64,000 nt of DNA from Bacteroidota bacterium (GCA_049322335.1 JBMORL010000020.1:58482-122481); one strand, 5' to 3'; shown: positions 53,001 through 62,186, counted from the stretch's first letter. Translations and numbers: made by a program. Notes: generated by a model from the letters alone, not told the origin.

Positions 53001-55239
53001 TGGCTGCTGTATTTACGGTTACTGTGACGGTGGCTGTTGCATTGGCACAAGGTGCGGTTCCTGCAACAGTATAAGTATACGTTCCGGCTGTGTTGGTTCC
53101 GGGAGTAAAGGTTCCTAACGATCCGCCTGTTAAAGCAGATGGGCCCGTCCATGTTCCGCCACCGGAAGGAGTACCTCCGAGAGAGCTGAACAAATTCACT
53201 GCAGCGCCATTTGAACAAAGAGTAATGCTTCCGTTGGTTCCTGCATTGGGAGCAGTGTTTTCGGTTACAGTAACTGTTGCCGATGCATTGGCACAGGGAG
53301 CAGTTCCGGTAACAGTATAGGTATACACACCGGGAGCACAGGTAGCGGGATTATACGTTCCTAACGATCCGCCCCCAAGCGCAGATGGGCCGGTCCATGT
53401 TCCGCCTGCCTGGGGTGTTCCGCCTAACGAACTAAACAGGTTGGCAGAAGCACTGTTGGAACAGAAAGACGCTGTTCCATTTGTTCCTGCATTTGGTGGC
53501 TGAACGACTGTAATAGTAACCGAGGCGCGCGCACTAACGCAGCCCGGGTTAGTGTTATCATTGGACTGGACATAATAAGTAGTGGTGGTGGTAGGTGAAA
53601 CCGTGACTGGTGTGCCCGTTGCGAAGGCGGTTCCTCCTGTTGGAACGGTAAACCATTCGTAGGTTACATTCGATCCGCCTGAAGCGGTGAGATTGGTACT
53701 TTGCCCGTTACAAATGGTAAGAGAAGTGGCTCCGGCAGTAGGAGTAGCGGGAGGAGTACATACCACTGTTAAGCAATGTTCTGTTTTAACCGGAGTAAGA
53801 TTTGTAACTACGGGTGTAAAAGTATTTTCGGCAGCGAGGTTAAATACCCCGGGAGCAAGTGCAACATAAGAGGGATCGTATGAAGAAAGTGCAGGAGCAA
53901 TATTGGTAGGTGCACAACCTGCATCCGGATCATTAAGATCCCCGTTAGCATCAGTACGAATCATACTATAATTAAATCCGGTCATTTGCTGGTCTGTCAT
54001 CACCATATAATATCCCTGGTCGGCAGCTAATCCGCCTTCCGGAAGAATGGAAGAAAGCCCAACCGGAGGATACCCTTTTCCAAGCATCAGTGTTTCCGAA
54101 GCTGCATTGAATTTAAAGAGCGAAGAATAAAAAGTGGGTACGAGTCCTGTTAATCTCCATCCGATAACAGAATAGTTTCCATCTGAATTCTGCATGATAT
54201 CCTGGATCACATATAAATCGGGAGGAAAAGAAGCTCCCAGCATTCTTATATTAAATGTTCCTGTAGTAGCCGAAGCAGCAGTTCCGCTAATTCTGAAAAG
54301 GAAAGCATCTGAATTGTCATAGCCACCTAAAAGAATATCCCCGGTGGAAACACGCAATGCACAATTAATTCCTTCTGAGTTGGCATTCCCGGTTCCCCAT
54401 CGGTTGGAATAAATAAGATTACCGCTGAAGTCTGTTTTGATGAGCAGTGCGTTTCGCGGATAATCACCGTCTGAGTTCAGGGTTCCGCTTCCCTCTGAAG
54501 ATTCACCTACGAAAAAATATCCGTTGGAAGATTCGGCTACATCATTAATATAGTGTTCGTCAGGATTAGCAGTGGCGATGGTCCACACACGGCTCCATTG
54601 CAATACTCCGGCAGAATTGACTTTGAACCCGAAGGCACTGGTGGTATCAACGGTGTTTCCGCTAACTCCATCCCAGAAATAATCTACTCCTCCACCTACA
54701 AGAAATCCTCCGTCTGATGTTTCCATAACTGACTGCGCATATTCGTTGGAAGCATCGTCAGCGGGGCGATTGGGAAGAGAATATCTTTTTGCCCAGAGCA
54801 GGTTTCCGTTATCGTCTATGCGAACGAGTATAGCACCCGAACCGGAAGAAGATCCGGCCATGATGTATCCGCCCGTACTGACTTTTTTCAGATCCCAGAA
54901 ATCGGTAGCGATTCCACCGGCATAGGCTTTACTCCAAATAACAGTGCCCGTGGGTCCAACTTTGGTTACGTTTCCATAAAGAGGAATAAAAGTGGCGTTG
55001 GTACCAGCGAAAACAAAATCGCCAGTAGGACTCTCCACCATTCCGCCTGCAAGGTCGAAACTTGCGATGTCGTATGACAACCGGAAAGTGGATTGCGCCT
55101 GAAGCAGCGAAGTGCAACAGAACAGCGCAACAAATAATAAAGATTTAAGATGTTTTCCTTTGAAGGAAAAATTGGGGGTTTGGCATTTTTCTCCCGATCC
55201 CGGAAAAAGGGCAGGAGCTACCGGATGGTAACTTTTCAT
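50038..55239 (-). CDS. Giant cell-surface adhesin with N-terminal propeller-like region, seven 82-aa tandem repeats and type B T9SS C-terminal domain
   Basis: Track ORF begins at TTG 55263; the ATG is at 55239 (MKSYHP..LLFVALFCCTSLLQAQS). The C-terminus IPDGFSPNGDGINDEFVIPGL..IYNRWGELIFHAK..NDWGGE is the TIGR04131-type CTD. Confidence 0.85.
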   Translation of the reverse strand: MKSYHPVAPALFPGSGEKCQTPNFSFKGKHLKSLLFVALFCCTSLLQAQSTFRLSYDIASFDLAGGMVESPTGDFVFAGTNATFIPLYGNVTKVGPTGTVIWSKAYAGGIATDFWDLKKVSTGGYIMAGSSSGSGAILVRIDDNGNLLWAKRYSLPNRPADDASNEYAQSVMETSDGGFLVGGGVDYFWDGVSGNTVDTTSAFGFKVNSAGVLQWSRVWTIATANPDEHYINDVAESSNGYFFVGESSEGSGTLNSDGDYPRNALLIKTDFSGNLIYSNRWGTGNANSEGINCALRVSTGDILLGGYDNSDAFLFRISGTAASATTGTFNIRMLGASFPPDLYVIQDIMQNSDGNYSVIGWRLTGLVPTFYSSLFKFNAASETLMLGKGYPPVGLSSILPEGGLAADQGYYMVMTDQQMTGFNYSMIRTDANGDLNDPDAGCAPTNIAPALSSYDPSYVALAPGVFNLAAENTFTPVVTNLTPVKTEHCLTVVCTPPATPTAGATSLTICNGQSTNLTASGGSNVTYEWFTVPTGGTAFATGTPVTVSPTTTTTYYVQSNDNTNPGCVSARASVTITVVQPPNAGTNGTASFCSNSASANLFSSLGGTPQAGGTWTGPSALGGGSLGTYNPATCAPGVYTYTVTGTAPCANASATVTVTENTAPNAGTNGSITLCSNGAAVNLFSSLGGTPSGGGTWTGPSALTGGSLGTFTPGTNTAGTYTYTVAGTAPCANATATVTVTVNTAANAGSNGTATFCSNGAAANLFSSLGGTPQAGGTWTGPSALTGGSLGTFTPGTNTAGTYTYTVTGTAPCTNATATVTVTVNTAPNAGTNGTAAFCSTSASANLFSSLGGTPSAGGTWTGPSALGGGSLGTYNPATCAPGTYTYTVTGTAPCANATATVTVTENTAPNAGTNGTATFCSNSASANLFSSLGGTPSAGGTWTGPSALGGGSLGTYNPATCAPGTYTYTVTGTAPCTNATATVTVTENTAPNAGTNGSVTVCSNGSAVNLFSSLGGTPSAGGTWSGPSALTGGSLGTFTPGTNTAGTYTYTVTGTAPCANATATVTVTINTAPNAGTNGTASVCSNGSAINLFSSLGGTPSGSGTWSGPSALTGGSLGTFTPGTNTAGTYTYTVTGTAPCANATATVTVTVNNAPASPTVTPTTDTICQGQSTTINASGTGGATFNVYDAASSGTLLGTTPLTVSPTSTTTYYVEAVSTAGCINSGGTVATTITVLPVADPSWTSPGATCIPAGPINLDALVTGTSGGTWSGTGVTGSTFDPTGLGGQTINITYSVGTAPCVQTSTQSISVQSVITASWTSPGTMCESDGMVNLNSLITGTAGGTWSGTGVTGNSFDPTGLSGTVSITYTVGVSPCQDAVTQDIIVNSSPLDPTVAATDTSICAGESVTITASGSGGGVTYNVYDAAAGGNLLGTTPLTLTPGAGTYTYYVEAENSNGCINLGGRDDITIVVNALPVADAGTDQQICPGDAATLTATGGGNYLWSTTETTASISVSPASTQTYSVLVTNTAGCTDTDSVTVTIYNAGALNANDDSTSVETTLTVTVDAAANDGGTINTVTILSGPSNGTANVSGTNVTYDPNNGYIGNDTIVYTICDAFCSTYCDTAIIVIRVTEEIVIDIPDGFSPNGDGINDEFVIPGLSKYPENELWIYNRWGELIFHAKPYNNDWGGETNNPKRVVSGDEVIDGTYFYILKLTPSEEALRGSLELRRQ
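51772..53493 (-). repeat. Seven tandem 246-bp (82-aa) coding repeats in two subtypes
   Basis: Each unit is NAGTNG..FCSN..NLFSSLGGTP..GGTWTGPSAL..GSLGT..YTYTVTGTAPC.NATATVTVT.NTAP. Subtype A carries GGGSLGTYNPATCAPG and subtype B carries TGGSLGTFTPGTNTAGT. Their order is A-B-B-A-A-B-B. Boundaries were mapped to codons 53491-53493 (first Asn) and 51772-51774 (last Pro). The antisense track ORFs at 51863, 52109, 52847 and 53090 show the same period. Confidence 0.9.
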
Positions 55240-55260
55240 AGTACAAGTAGTTTTGCGTGG

Positions 55261-55268
55261 CAAAAGTA
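55261..55268 (-). promoter_or_regulatory. Candidate -7 box (TActTTTG on the minus strand) for the 50038..55239 adhesin gene
   Basis: Plus-strand CAAAAGTA at 55261-55268 lies 22 nt upstream of the ATG at 55239. No clear -33 element. Confidence 0.3.
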
Positions 55269-55469
55269 GTTTAGGTGGTTTAGGTAGTTAAGAGGGGCAG
55301 CCCCTCAATTATCGACTAATACAGTTTTTATTCCGATGAATGTGCTTTTGGTTATTGTATACTAAACCGATAAAGTATCCGTGAAATCAGGCTTTTCAAG
55401 GTGACAAATCAAACAAAATGGTTGTGAAAATAATTTCTGAAAGCAGCTAAAATCCAGTGAATTTTAACA

Positions 55470-56132
55470 TCAGAATTCACGAATAGAGGTTAAAAGATCT
55501 TTATTTTCCATTACCCAAAGCAGGAGGCTGTTATTACGCGGATCGAGTTCAAGTTTTTTGCAGATTCGGGAGCGGTAATTTTCTACTGTTTTTACCGATA
55601 CAAATAACATTTCTGATATTTCCCTGCTTGACCGGTTTTGGCTTACCAGTTTTAATGTTTTCAATTCGGCCTGGGTGAGTGAGTCGAGTAATTCGCGGAT
55701 ACGTTCCTTTTTTTTATCGGCTTCGCGAAAACGGTTGAAGTGTGATTGAAGAGCAGGGCCTACATATTTTTTTCCGAGCAATACGGTTTTTATACATTCC
55801 ACAATTTCCACCACCGAATTATCTTTCACTACATACCCCTGGGCACCTGTTAAAAAAGCTTTATTAAAAATTTCCTCTTCTTTATACATGGTAAGGATAA
55901 TCACTTTTGTAGGAATTTTTTCTGTATAAATAGTTTTACAGATTTCCAGTCCGTTGATTTCGGGCATATCAATATCAAGAACGCTGACATCGGGTATTTC
56001 GTTTTTAATTTTTTCGAGTGTATCGTTACCGGTTTCACATTCGATAATAGTAACACCATTAAAGGATGAACGAAGAATATCAATTAATCCTTTTCTGAAA
56101 ATGGGATGATCGTCTGCTATGAGTAATTTCAT
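55470..56132 (-). CDS. Response regulator, NarL/FixJ (LuxR HTH) family
   Basis: Receiver domain (LIADDHPIFRKGL..VLDIDMPEINGLE..ILTMY). LuxR HTH (LTQAELKTLKLVSQNRSSREISEMLFVSVKTVENYRSRICKKL). ATGA overlap with the kinase gene. Confidence 0.9.
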   Translation of the reverse strand: MKLLIADDHPIFRKGLIDILRSSFNGVTIIECETGNDTLEKIKNEIPDVSVLDIDMPEINGLEICKTIYTEKIPTKVIILTMYKEEEIFNKAFLTGAQGYVVKDNSVVEIVECIKTVLLGKKYVGPALQSHFNRFREADKKKERIRELLDSLTQAELKTLKLVSQNRSSREISEMLFVSVKTVENYRSRICKKLELDPRNNSLLLWVMENKDLLTSIREF

Positions 56133-58132
56133 GAAAAATTTTTCCTGCTAAATTTAATCATTAATCTGAATCCTTTTCCATTAATGTCTCCCACCGACAT
56201 TTCTCCGCCCAGCATGCGGGCTCTTTCTTTCATACTCATAAAACCGATGCCTTTGGAGTCCAGTGCATTGCTTAATCCTTTACCGTTATCCATATAGGTA
56301 AAAATGAAATTATCGTTTTTGTTTTCAATAGTTACTTTAAGTGCGGAGGCTCCGGCATGTTTCAAGGTATTATTCACGCATTCCTGGATAACGCGGTATA
56401 AATGGGTGCGCTGGCTGATGGGAAAAGTTTCTACTTCTTCCACGATATCAAAACTACATTCGATAGAAGCAGAGCTTTGTACTTTTTCCATGAGCCTTGC
56501 TACAGAACGAACCAGTCCGATTTTTTCGAGATAGGAAGGATAGAGACTACGGGAGATTTCTCTTGTTTGTTCGATAATACGGCCGATTTCTGTTTCCAGG
56601 TCGGCCATTTCTTTTTTTCCGCCCCGCGATTCAATATTAATCCGTGATTTGATAACCGAAAGTGATTGGCCGATATCATCATGCAGGTCTTTAGAAATCC
56701 TGCTTCTTTCTTCTTCTGTGTTTTCGATGAGCAGTTGCGAGAACCTTTCCTGTTGTTTCCGGATACTTCGCATATAGCGCATATAAAAAATAATTCCGAG
56801 GGTAAGTAAAAGAAATAAACCAATAATAATAATATTTCTCTTTCGTATTTTTTCCAGTTCGTTGTCTTTTTCCAATATTAATGATTTGGCCTGTTCTTCT
56901 TTTAATGCATTATCTTTTTTCTCCACATCATATTGCACCTGCAATTCTTTCATTATTTTATTATTTTTTATGTCTTCGAGGCTATCCATTTTCTTTTTGT
57001 ATTCCATATATTCATCCAGGGCTTCCTGGTAATTTTTTTGTTCTTTACGCAGGCGGTGGAGCAGCAAATTGCAGTACGCATTTATCTGGAGGTCGTTATT
57101 GTCGATACTGATTTGCTGTGCTTCGCGTATGTTTTTTTCTGCTTCGGCTCCCGCTCCTGTTTTAATGAGGATATCTGATTTTCCGAGAAGTCCTTTGGAA
57201 AGTTCGTACTTCATATTATTTTCACGCAAAACAGTGAGGGCAGAATCGTAGTATAAAATTGCATCTTTAATTTTTTCCACTTTTGCCAGCGAAAACCCGA
57301 TATTGATGTATGCCGTAGCCAACTCACGCGGATGATTGATGATGTGTGCATATTTCAATGTAGTATTGTATGTTTTAATGGCATCTTCATTTTTATCCTG
57401 TTCGGATAAAGCAAGTCCTACATTATTTAATGCATGAAATGCAAGGCGAAGATTATCCTCCTGTTCGGCCGTGATCAAAGCCTGGTGAAAATCCCTGAGC
57501 GATTCTTCCACTTGCCCGTTGTTGAGTTTTACAAGTCCGAGATTATTCAGCATAACCGCACGGTAATAATTGAGATTATTTTTCTCTGCAATTCTTAATC
57601 CTTCCAGGTAAAGTTTGGTGGCTTCATTGGGATGATTTTGCATTTCTTCCATTATAGCCAGGCCATTGATGGCTTCAATTATATTGGTATGATCTGCTGC
57701 TGCCTTTGATTCTTCGATGATAGCGCGAAACATTTTTTTGGCTTCTTCTTTGTTCCCCGCTTCAGAAGCAATGTATGTCATTCTTATCCTTGCCAGCCGC
57801 TGGAAGTGCAGATCTTCTACTGATTCCGCCAGGCGATAGGCTTTTAAAAAATAGTTTTTTGCTTCACTGAAATTCTGGCTATAATAATAAAAATTACCAA
57901 AATAAATATGCAATTCGGCTTCAGCAGACTTGTTTTTCATTTGTTTAGCCAGGGAAAGAGCTTTGTTGCCCACCGAAAAGACAGATACCGAATCGTAATA
58001 GGAATTTTGCTGGGTTTGTTTGATAAGATCGCGCAACAGGTTTTCGGAAGCTGTTTGTGCAAATACACCGGCAGAAACAATACATATAAAAATTGTTGTA
58101 GCGAATAGTTTTGTTAAAGCCCGTGCGATCAT
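56129..58132 (-). CDS. Sensor histidine kinase with periplasmic/N-terminal TPR array (HisKA_3 + HATPase_c)
   Basis: Signal/TM, then ~350 aa of TPR-like repeats, a coiled coil and a TM helix (IIIIGLFLLLTLGIIFYM). H-box ISKDLHDDIGQSL and ATPase motifs NNTLKHAGA and DNGKG. Confidence 0.85.
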   Translation of the reverse strand: MIARALTKLFATTIFICIVSAGVFAQTASENLLRDLIKQTQQNSYYDSVSVFSVGNKALSLAKQMKNKSAEAELHIYFGNFYYYSQNFSEAKNYFLKAYRLAESVEDLHFQRLARIRMTYIASEAGNKEEAKKMFRAIIEESKAAADHTNIIEAINGLAIMEEMQNHPNEATKLYLEGLRIAEKNNLNYYRAVMLNNLGLVKLNNGQVEESLRDFHQALITAEQEDNLRLAFHALNNVGLALSEQDKNEDAIKTYNTTLKYAHIINHPRELATAYINIGFSLAKVEKIKDAILYYDSALTVLRENNMKYELSKGLLGKSDILIKTGAGAEAEKNIREAQQISIDNNDLQINAYCNLLLHRLRKEQKNYQEALDEYMEYKKKMDSLEDIKNNKIMKELQVQYDVEKKDNALKEEQAKSLILEKDNELEKIRKRNIIIIGLFLLLTLGIIFYMRYMRSIRKQQERFSQLLIENTEEERSRISKDLHDDIGQSLSVIKSRINIESRGGKKEMADLETEIGRIIEQTREISRSLYPSYLEKIGLVRSVARLMEKVQSSASIECSFDIVEEVETFPISQRTHLYRVIQECVNNTLKHAGASALKVTIENKNDNFIFTYMDNGKGLSNALDSKGIGFMSMKERARMLGGEMSVGDINGKGFRLMIKFSRKNFS

Positions 58133-58159
58133 AATTACCGCTAAGTTAAGTAAAGGAAA

Positions 58160-58663
58160 TCAAAACGTCAATTCCATTTCTAAATCTTTGTCTATCTTCC
58201 CGGTTCCCCAGTCAAACGTGGTGTTACCGGTGATGAGGAATCCGCATTTTTTATAAAAAGCTATTGCCCTGTGATTGTTTTGCCAAACCGCAAGATATAA
58301 CGTTCTTATGCCTTCAGCAGAGCTATACTCTTTTGATTTTTCAACCAACTGCCGCGCCAACCCGGTTCCAAAGTATTCTTTCCTGACATAGATACGTGCA
58401 ATTTCTGTTTTGCTTTTTTTTCTGGTAAGTTTTACATATCCGCTAAACCGGCCATTTTTTTCTGAAACAAAAAAAACATTTTGATTGCCGAGTAACTCAC
58501 GGGTTATATTTTCGGCACTGAAATTATTTTCAATATAATGCTGAATATCCGATTTTTTATTTTCACCGGAATAGGTATCAATGAAAGTTTCGCTGCACAG
58601 TTCTGCCAGCTGCTCCATATCATTTATGTTGGCTCTTCGGATGAAAAAACCAGGTTGAGTCAT
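58160..58663 (-). CDS. GNAT family N-acetyltransferase
   Basis: 167 aa with an acetyl-CoA-binding region (RKEYFGTGLARQLVEKS..AVWQNNHRAIAFYKKCGF). Confidence 0.85.
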   Translation of the reverse strand: MTQPGFFIRRANINDMEQLAELCSETFIDTYSGENKKSDIQHYIENNFSAENITRELLGNQNVFFVSEKNGRFSGYVKLTRKKSKTEIARIYVRKEYFGTGLARQLVEKSKEYSSAEGIRTLYLAVWQNNHRAIAFYKKCGFLITGNTTFDWGTGKIDKDLEMELTF

Positions 58664-58706
58664 AGCTCAAAGAAACAAAAAAAAGAAATTGATTTGCTTA
58701 TAAATT

Positions 58707-59510
58707 TTACTTTAATAAGCGGTTCTGGTTTTTTTTGGGTGATACGGTTTTCGCTTTTTCCAGCCGGTTGGCTCCGAAAATAACCATACACGATACCTGC
58801 GGAATACGATTGGTGTTGAGTGTCCTTTTATCCACCACAAGGCAACAGGCCACCGAGCTGAATTCTTTTGAAAATAACAGTGAGTGTATTTTTGCAGAAA
58901 GGTGGTGTTTATAAAACTGTTTAACAAAACCGGAATAAGTCCACGTTTCGATTTTCTTTTGTTTGGGCGGAATTTCACTTTCCATTTCTTTTTTGGTGGG
59001 TTTGGTTCCGTAGAATAATTTCATGGAAGTGGTTTCGTCCTCTTTATCATAATAAAATGCTCCGCCTTTAAAATTAATTGCGGGAAGACGAAAGATGGCG
59101 GTTTTGATAATGCCTTTGGGATATTGTATTTTTTTAGCTGATTTTTTAGCCAGTTTTGTATACCGGTCATTTTTTTCAGGATCAAACTGAAATGACTGCA
59201 AAGAAAAATATTGGAGAAAATAATACGATACGCTATACAAGTCTTCCGAATATAAAAGTGGTTTTCGTGAACGTTTTTGCCTTTCATGATTAATGTATCC
59301 TGCCAGGGCAGCATTCAAAAAATCGTGATCGTAATCCACCGGTATAAATTCTTCGTTCCATAATGAGTGAGTGGTTAACTCCACCAGTGAACTGCTGTCC
59401 TTCGCCCATGTATTGCCGACCCGTGAAGTATCCAGCCGTGCAAGAAATTTATCCTGCGCCCATAACCCATCGGGTAAAAAGAAAATCAATATAAAAACCC
59501 ATCGACTCAT
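58707..59510 (-). CDS. Hypothetical secreted protein (weak CAP/SCP-like N-terminal pattern)
   Basis: Signal peptide MSRWVFILIFFLPDGLWAQ. ATGA overlap with the LRR gene stop. FLNAALAGYINHERQKRSRKPLLYSEDL is faintly CAP-domain-like, with low certainty. Confidence 0.5.
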   Translation of the reverse strand: MSRWVFILIFFLPDGLWAQDKFLARLDTSRVGNTWAKDSSSLVELTTHSLWNEEFIPVDYDHDFLNAALAGYINHERQKRSRKPLLYSEDLYSVSYYFLQYFSLQSFQFDPEKNDRYTKLAKKSAKKIQYPKGIIKTAIFRLPAINFKGGAFYYDKEDETTSMKLFYGTKPTKKEMESEIPPKQKKIETWTYSGFVKQFYKHHLSAKIHSLLFSKEFSSVACCLVVDKRTLNTNRIPQVSCMVIFGANRLEKAKTVSPKKNQNRLLK

Positions 59511-62137
59511 AATAATTCACGAATCTCATCCAGGTTAAACCCTTTTACGTTGATGACTTTCATTTTTATTTTATTTGCCTTTACATTTTCCTTAAATTGT
59601 TTTTTAGAAACAATGCCGATGGTGGCTGCATCAATTATGGCAATCAGCGCAGTTTTAAAATGGGCCTTATCAAAATGCTTTCTTACTTTTTTGGAATAAT
59701 GTACTGTCATGTTATTTTTCGTGTCGAGCACATATATTGACTCATATTCCTGCTTGTTTCCTTCTTCATCCGTAACGATATCGGGAAGAATTCCCGGTTT
59801 TTCAAATCTTTTTACGTAATCGAGATTGGTTTTTCCAAATACAGAAATGATCATTTGCCGCTGGTAAGGCAACGTATTAAGCGATAACGGAGCGCTGCCG
59901 CTTTCTTTTGCTTTTACCCAATCGGAATAAGCTTTTTTCTTTGTTTCATAGATTACTTCAAATACAGCACGTTGTTTTTTATAGGCTTCCAGGGTCCGGT
60001 TGTATTCTCCATCCTGTAAATTGCGGATATATTGCGCATTGATAAGAAATTTCCGGTTAAATTCCTGCACTTTTTTTGCATCAGCAGAATTCACTTCGGG
60101 ATAAACATGAAAAGAATAAGGTGTATTTCCGAGTTTCATGCTCAGGATATAATCATCGGTAGCGGGACTGGGAATGACGCGAAAGTCATTCCACATTATT
60201 TTCTCTGATGTGCGATAAATCCGTATACGTTTTGATTTAAATAAAAAGGAGAAAAATCCTTTGTTGGCATAGGTAATTGATGTATTTCCTTTTTTGTTTA
60301 CCGAGTCTCTTACTATATGATACAGGCTGTCGAGTGTTTTAAAATCCTTTTGCGGATTTTTTCCGTTATATACCAGCTTGTACATATTGAAAAACGATTT
60401 GGAGTCAGGAAGAATATCCACATTTAATGCTGCAGAATTTTCTGACATGTTAAAAAACTCGGGCAGGATATAAAACGAATTTTCATTCGGGGTTTTCTTT
60501 ACTTTCATATTCACCAGGTCGTGACTAACGTAAAGCCGGTTGGCGGGATTGGATGTATCGGGTATGGCTTCAATAAAATTTCTTGCCAAAAGAGCAGCAT
60601 CGGGAGCCAAATCAACCGTTCCTGAATCTTCATCTACACTAACGGGAACCGGGTTTTCGTTGTTCAGCGCATTCCATCCTGTTTTTTCGTTGTAGGTATA
60701 TAAATTATAATCTCCGGGCATGGAACTGCTGAGGGTGGCCACAACAGGTGAAGCAGGGTTGGGAAATACTTCTTTTCCGTCAGAGGATGCTGTAAATTCA
60801 AACATACCGGCCGATGAAAAATTACCGAGGTTTCCTTCTTTATCGGGATACTGCATGGGAATTCCGCTGAACGCTACTGAAACGGGATCGTTGTATTCGG
60901 TGAATTTTACTTCTACGGGAGTGGTTACCACTTTTCCTTTTTCATCGAGAAATGCATTTTCGGGAATTTCTATTTTTGTGGAGGGGGTGGTGATGATAAA
61001 TTCTTCTTTTGGATTGATCACCAGTTCTTTTGTTTCGGGAGTAAGTTCTTTTACCGGTGGCTTCACCGCCCAATCAGCATCCTTTGCGCATTTGGAGTCT
61101 TCGGCATAAATAATGCATCGGGGTAATTCCTTTTTCAATTCATCCACCTGTTTCCACGAAAGATCATTTCCGTTTAGCGTGAGTTCCTCCAGTTGTTTCA
61201 TTTGTTCTATTCCTCTTGTTGAAGAAATGGAATTTCCGGTGAGGTCGAGTGAAGTGACTTGTGCAGAAGAAGAAATAAACCCGGGAATAGTATTCCACTC
61301 AAATCCTGATGCTGCAACTGATTTTATATTCGGGTTTTTCACCAGGGAAGAAGCCAATGCAAACGTTCCGTTGCGTTCGTTTCCGGGATCGAAAGAAACC
61401 GTATTTATTTTCCATTGCGTAACCGATTCATTGGGAACGGTGGAAAGTGAACCTTTCACATACAGTTCATTTGTATTTAACTGTGCAAAAGAAACCGGAA
61501 CAGAATCTCCGAACTCAATCATCAGTTTTTCAAGGCGCAAACCGCTGAGTGACTCACCAAGCGTAAACAATTCCAAATTTTTATTTCCGGTAACATCAAG
61601 GAATCTGAGATTTCTCCAGGCATTCACCACATAACCGGTGGTTTTGATGCGGTTATTGGAAAAATCAGCATATTGAATATTCTTTAAAAAGGAAAGATGA
61701 AACGGAATTTCATCAATGATATTATTGCTGAGATTTAACGTGTGGAGATTATCACAAAACGTGAGTTGATAGGGAATTTCCTTAATGCTGCATCCTGATG
61801 CAGACATTTCCGTGATTTGAGGAGAAGAACATTTGACACAAAAGTCCAGGAAATTGAGATAAGGATTATTGTCCACTGATATTTTTTTCAGTGATTTTGC
61901 ATCTTTTATCCATTCGGGAAAAACGGTCAAGTTGTTATCATCCAGTATCAGTTCTTCACATTGAAGAATCCGTTCTTTTTCTGATTCGGGGATGGAAGTA
62001 AGTTGCTGACCGGAGAGGTCAACTGTTTTTTCGTTTGATGATGATTGAGGTTTTACATCATTTTGATTTTGGCTGACTGTCTTCGCAAATAAAAGCAAAG
62101 TTATGGCAGGCAGCAGGAAGGTGATTCGCATCTTCAT
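59507..62137 (-). CDS. Leucine-rich repeat protein with uncharacterised central and C-terminal domains
   Basis: Track ORF to 62164. The ATG at 62137 (MKMRITFLLPAITLLLFAKTVSQ) gives a signal peptide. ~300 aa of LRRs follow (LILDDNNLTVFPEWI, LNLSNNIIDEIPFHL, ADFSNNRIKT, LDLTGNSISS, LTLNGNDLS). Then comes a domain shared with the upstream gene (VEVKFTEYNDPVSVAFSGIPMQY..FSSAGMFEF). Confidence 0.8.
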   Translation of the reverse strand: MKMRITFLLPAITLLLFAKTVSQNQNDVKPQSSSNEKTVDLSGQQLTSIPESEKERILQCEELILDDNNLTVFPEWIKDAKSLKKISVDNNPYLNFLDFCVKCSSPQITEMSASGCSIKEIPYQLTFCDNLHTLNLSNNIIDEIPFHLSFLKNIQYADFSNNRIKTTGYVVNAWRNLRFLDVTGNKNLELFTLGESLSGLRLEKLMIEFGDSVPVSFAQLNTNELYVKGSLSTVPNESVTQWKINTVSFDPGNERNGTFALASSLVKNPNIKSVAASGFEWNTIPGFISSSAQVTSLDLTGNSISSTRGIEQMKQLEELTLNGNDLSWKQVDELKKELPRCIIYAEDSKCAKDADWAVKPPVKELTPETKELVINPKEEFIITTPSTKIEIPENAFLDEKGKVVTTPVEVKFTEYNDPVSVAFSGIPMQYPDKEGNLGNFSSAGMFEFTASSDGKEVFPNPASPVVATLSSSMPGDYNLYTYNEKTGWNALNNENPVPVSVDEDSGTVDLAPDAALLARNFIEAIPDTSNPANRLYVSHDLVNMKVKKTPNENSFYILPEFFNMSENSAALNVDILPDSKSFFNMYKLVYNGKNPQKDFKTLDSLYHIVRDSVNKKGNTSITYANKGFFSFLFKSKRIRIYRTSEKIMWNDFRVIPSPATDDYILSMKLGNTPYSFHVYPEVNSADAKKVQEFNRKFLINAQYIRNLQDGEYNRTLEAYKKQRAVFEVIYETKKKAYSDWVKAKESGSAPLSLNTLPYQRQMIISVFGKTNLDYVKRFEKPGILPDIVTDEEGNKQEYESIYVLDTKNNMTVHYSKKVRKHFDKAHFKTALIAIIDAATIGIVSKKQFKENVKANKIKMKVINVKGFNLDEIRELL

Positions 62138-62186
62138 ACATAAAGCGTTTTTAAAGTATAACAATATGGAGGCTGAAATGTTACAG

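Noticed and set aside
51362-53320. Repeated 75-79-aa plus-strand ORFs (MVPGVKVPNDPPVKADGP..) and the minus-strand off-frame ORFs 52523..52726 and 52754..53218 inside the second adhesin.
   Set aside because: Same reason: these are shadow frames of the 246-bp tandem repeats and have no independent start or stop context.
51772-53493. Diversity-generating retroelement (template/variable repeat pair) acting on the adhesin repeats.
   Set aside because: No reverse transcriptase lies anywhere in the window. Differences between units are not concentrated at adenines of a template copy, and the units are tandem and all coding.
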